From Lingula anatina (lineage: Eukaryota > Animalia > Brachiopoda), in NCBI GenBank assembly GCA_051362555.1, contig CM120649.1:15576567-15640566 (forward strand): DNA of 64,000 bases. Direction: 5' to 3'. The position numbers and the translations under genes are program-made. The first letter of the stretch is position 1. Every line of letters starts with the position of its first letter. Under the pieces are notes generated by a model. The model ran no database searches, was not told the origin of the DNA, and saw only the letters and a list, made by a program, of their open reading frames with translations. Positions 62,400 through 64,000 of the stretch are shown piece after piece.

Positions 62400-63300
62400 A
62401 TAAACATTTTGTACACTGTCCATCCTGATTATCAACTTTCATAATAACACACCTTCATGCCACCAGACCTTTCAAATATATGAATTTCATTTAATGTTGT
62501 ATAACATTTGTTTCATCGTCAATCCTGACTTGCAAAATATATTATAATTCACCTTTATCTCATCATACTTTTCAATTGAACTTTTCAATTCTGTGTAACA
62601 ATTGTTGCAGTGTCAATCCGAACTATAAACCTTTATAAAATATACCTTCATTCCATAACGCTTTTCAATTATAATTTTCAACTCTGTATAACATTCGGTG
62701 CAGTGTCAATCCTGACTACTAACCTTCCTAAATTATACCTTCATTCCATCACGTTTTTTCCCAATATAAATTTCAGTTTTGTATAACATTTTTCGCAGTG
62801 TCAATCCTGACTGTCAATTTATAGAAAATACATCTTCATGCCGTAATAACTTTCAAATATATATTTCAATTCTTTTTAACATTTGTTGCATTGTCAATCC
62901 TGACTGGCAACCTTCATAAAAATACACCAACATGCCATAAAACTTTCAAATATATATATTTCATTTCTGTGTAATATTTGTTGCAGTGTCAATCCTGACT
63001 TGCAACCTTCATGAAAAATACACCGTCATTCCATCACACCTTCTACATATAAATTTTAATTCTGTATAATGTTTGTTGCAGTGTCAATCCTGACTTGCAA
63101 CCTTCATAATAATACACCGTCATTCCATCACACCTTCTATATATAAATTTCAATTCTGTATAATGTTTGTTGCAGTGTCAATCCTGACTGGCAACCTTCA
63201 TAAAAATACACCATCCCATCTCGCCTTTGAAATATAACCTTCGTTTTTAGAAAATATTCTTCTATTAAAATCCTGTCTCCCCATCAATCCTGACTGCCAA
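62400..63300. repeat. ~9-10 diverged ~94-bp tandem repeats between pol and YR, each with a palindromic core
   Basis: gtcaatcctgact-like cores at ~62418, 62518, 62612, 62705, 62799, 62894, 62988, 63084, 63177 and 63284. Confidence 0.9.
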
Positions 63301-64000
63301 AACTTTATCCTTAAATTTCTGCGACCCTATGTAAGATTGCTTATTTTTCCCCTGCTTAAAAATACCCTTGTTACCGAAAATAAGAACATCTTTTATGTAC
63401 ATTTTCCACTTCATATCTCTGTCAAATATCATTGGCCAAAATGCAGCCGACTTCCAACTTGGAACGACTAAAGTGCCTTTTGCTTTACAATTTAATAAAT
63501 GGTTTATTGCCTTTGGTACCAAACCTACAGGTGGAACTATCCAATTATTCTCATGCTGCCAATTTTGTAAAAATGCGTCTGTTGCCTCTGTATTTGGATT
63601 CCAAAATCTTGAATTAAAACGGTTTGTCTTTGTATTTTCAAAATTCGCAAATCTATCTACAATGTGAGGTCCCCACTTTTTATCCAAAAATTCGAAAAAA
63701 GAAGATTCTACCTCCCAGTCGTCTATGTCTACCAATTTGCTGATATAATCTGCTTTTTCATTTTTTGATCTAGGTATCCAGTTTACTGTCAAACTGATTT
63801 CATGACATGTACATAAATGATATATTTGTAAAGCTAAATGTTGTAGATCATGTTTCATAGATCCTGCCTGTATAATCCTCACGACATTTTGATTATCTGT
63901 GTACCAACCTATTTTACTTCTTTTTATAACTTTAATAAAAGCTTGTAATGCAATTGCAATTGCCTTCAACTCCCTCCATGTCGAACTTTTCTCCTTTTCT
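63265..64000 (-). CDS. C-terminal part of retrotransposon pol: DIRS-type RNase H followed by a DNA-methyltransferase-like region (5'-partial)
   Basis: SSTWRELKAI, WYTDNQNV, WIPRSKNEKADYIS, WGPHIVDRFA, RFNSRFWNP and DAFLQNW..ENNWIVPP. The frame is open to the window edge. Confidence 0.9.
   Translation of the reverse strand, partial: EKEKSSTWRELKAIAIALQAFIKVIKRSKIGWYTDNQNVVRIIQAGSMKHDLQHLALQIYHLCTCHEISLTVNWIPRSKNEKADYISKLVDIDDWEVESSFFEFLDKKWGPHIVDRFANFENTKTNRFNSRFWNPNTEATDAFLQNWQHENNWIVPPVGLVPKAINHLLNCKAKGTLVVPSWKSAAFWPMIFDRDMKWKMYIKDVLIFGNKGIFKQGKNKQSYIGSQKFKDKVLAVRIDGETGF

Larger units (their letters stand above)
60401..64000 (-). mobile_element. Ngaro/DIRS-type tyrosine-recombinase retrotransposon, 3' part (continues beyond the window)
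   Basis: RNase H plus MT-like ORF followed by a YR ORF. Identical 137-bp direct repeats at 60401-60537 and 60875-61011 are separated by 337 bp, matching the B1-A2-B2 split-direct-repeat end. Confidence 0.88.

Noticed and set aside
62400-63300. CRISPR-like appearance (palindromic repeats with spacers)
   Set aside because: The spacers are homologous to each other, the repeats are degenerate, there are no cas genes, and the context is a eukaryotic retroelement. It is a tandem repeat.

Overview
AT-rich, intron-containing animal genomic DNA, probably from a marine invertebrate (a lophotrochozoan is my inference; it is not prokaryotic). The first ~30 kb hold three paralogous STAND/NLR-like genes. 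In the two copies whose 5' end is visible, a spliced N-terminal DZIP3-type HEPN domain with an intact Rx4H motif precedes an NB-ARC domain and a single-exon array of 126-bp (42-aa) TPR repeats. Copy A (+, 5' end outside the window) has 29 regular TPRs and a hydrophobic tail. Copy B (-) is frameshifted and lacks TPRs. Copy C (-) is complete with 23 TPRs. A canonical type I hammerhead ribozyme lies just upstream of copy B. Next come a 7-coding-exon METTL24-like gene (+) and an IAP gene (3xBIR-UBA-RING) with an intronless CDS (-). The rest is a transposon nest: a dead Harbinger, an Academ-like element with a Sola3-like insertion, and the 3' part of a young Ngaro/DIRS-type tyrosine-recombinase retrotransposon with split direct repeats and an internal array of hairpin-forming repeats. 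All family calls come from motif recognition by eye, not database searches. Repeat boundaries marked ~ are approximate.
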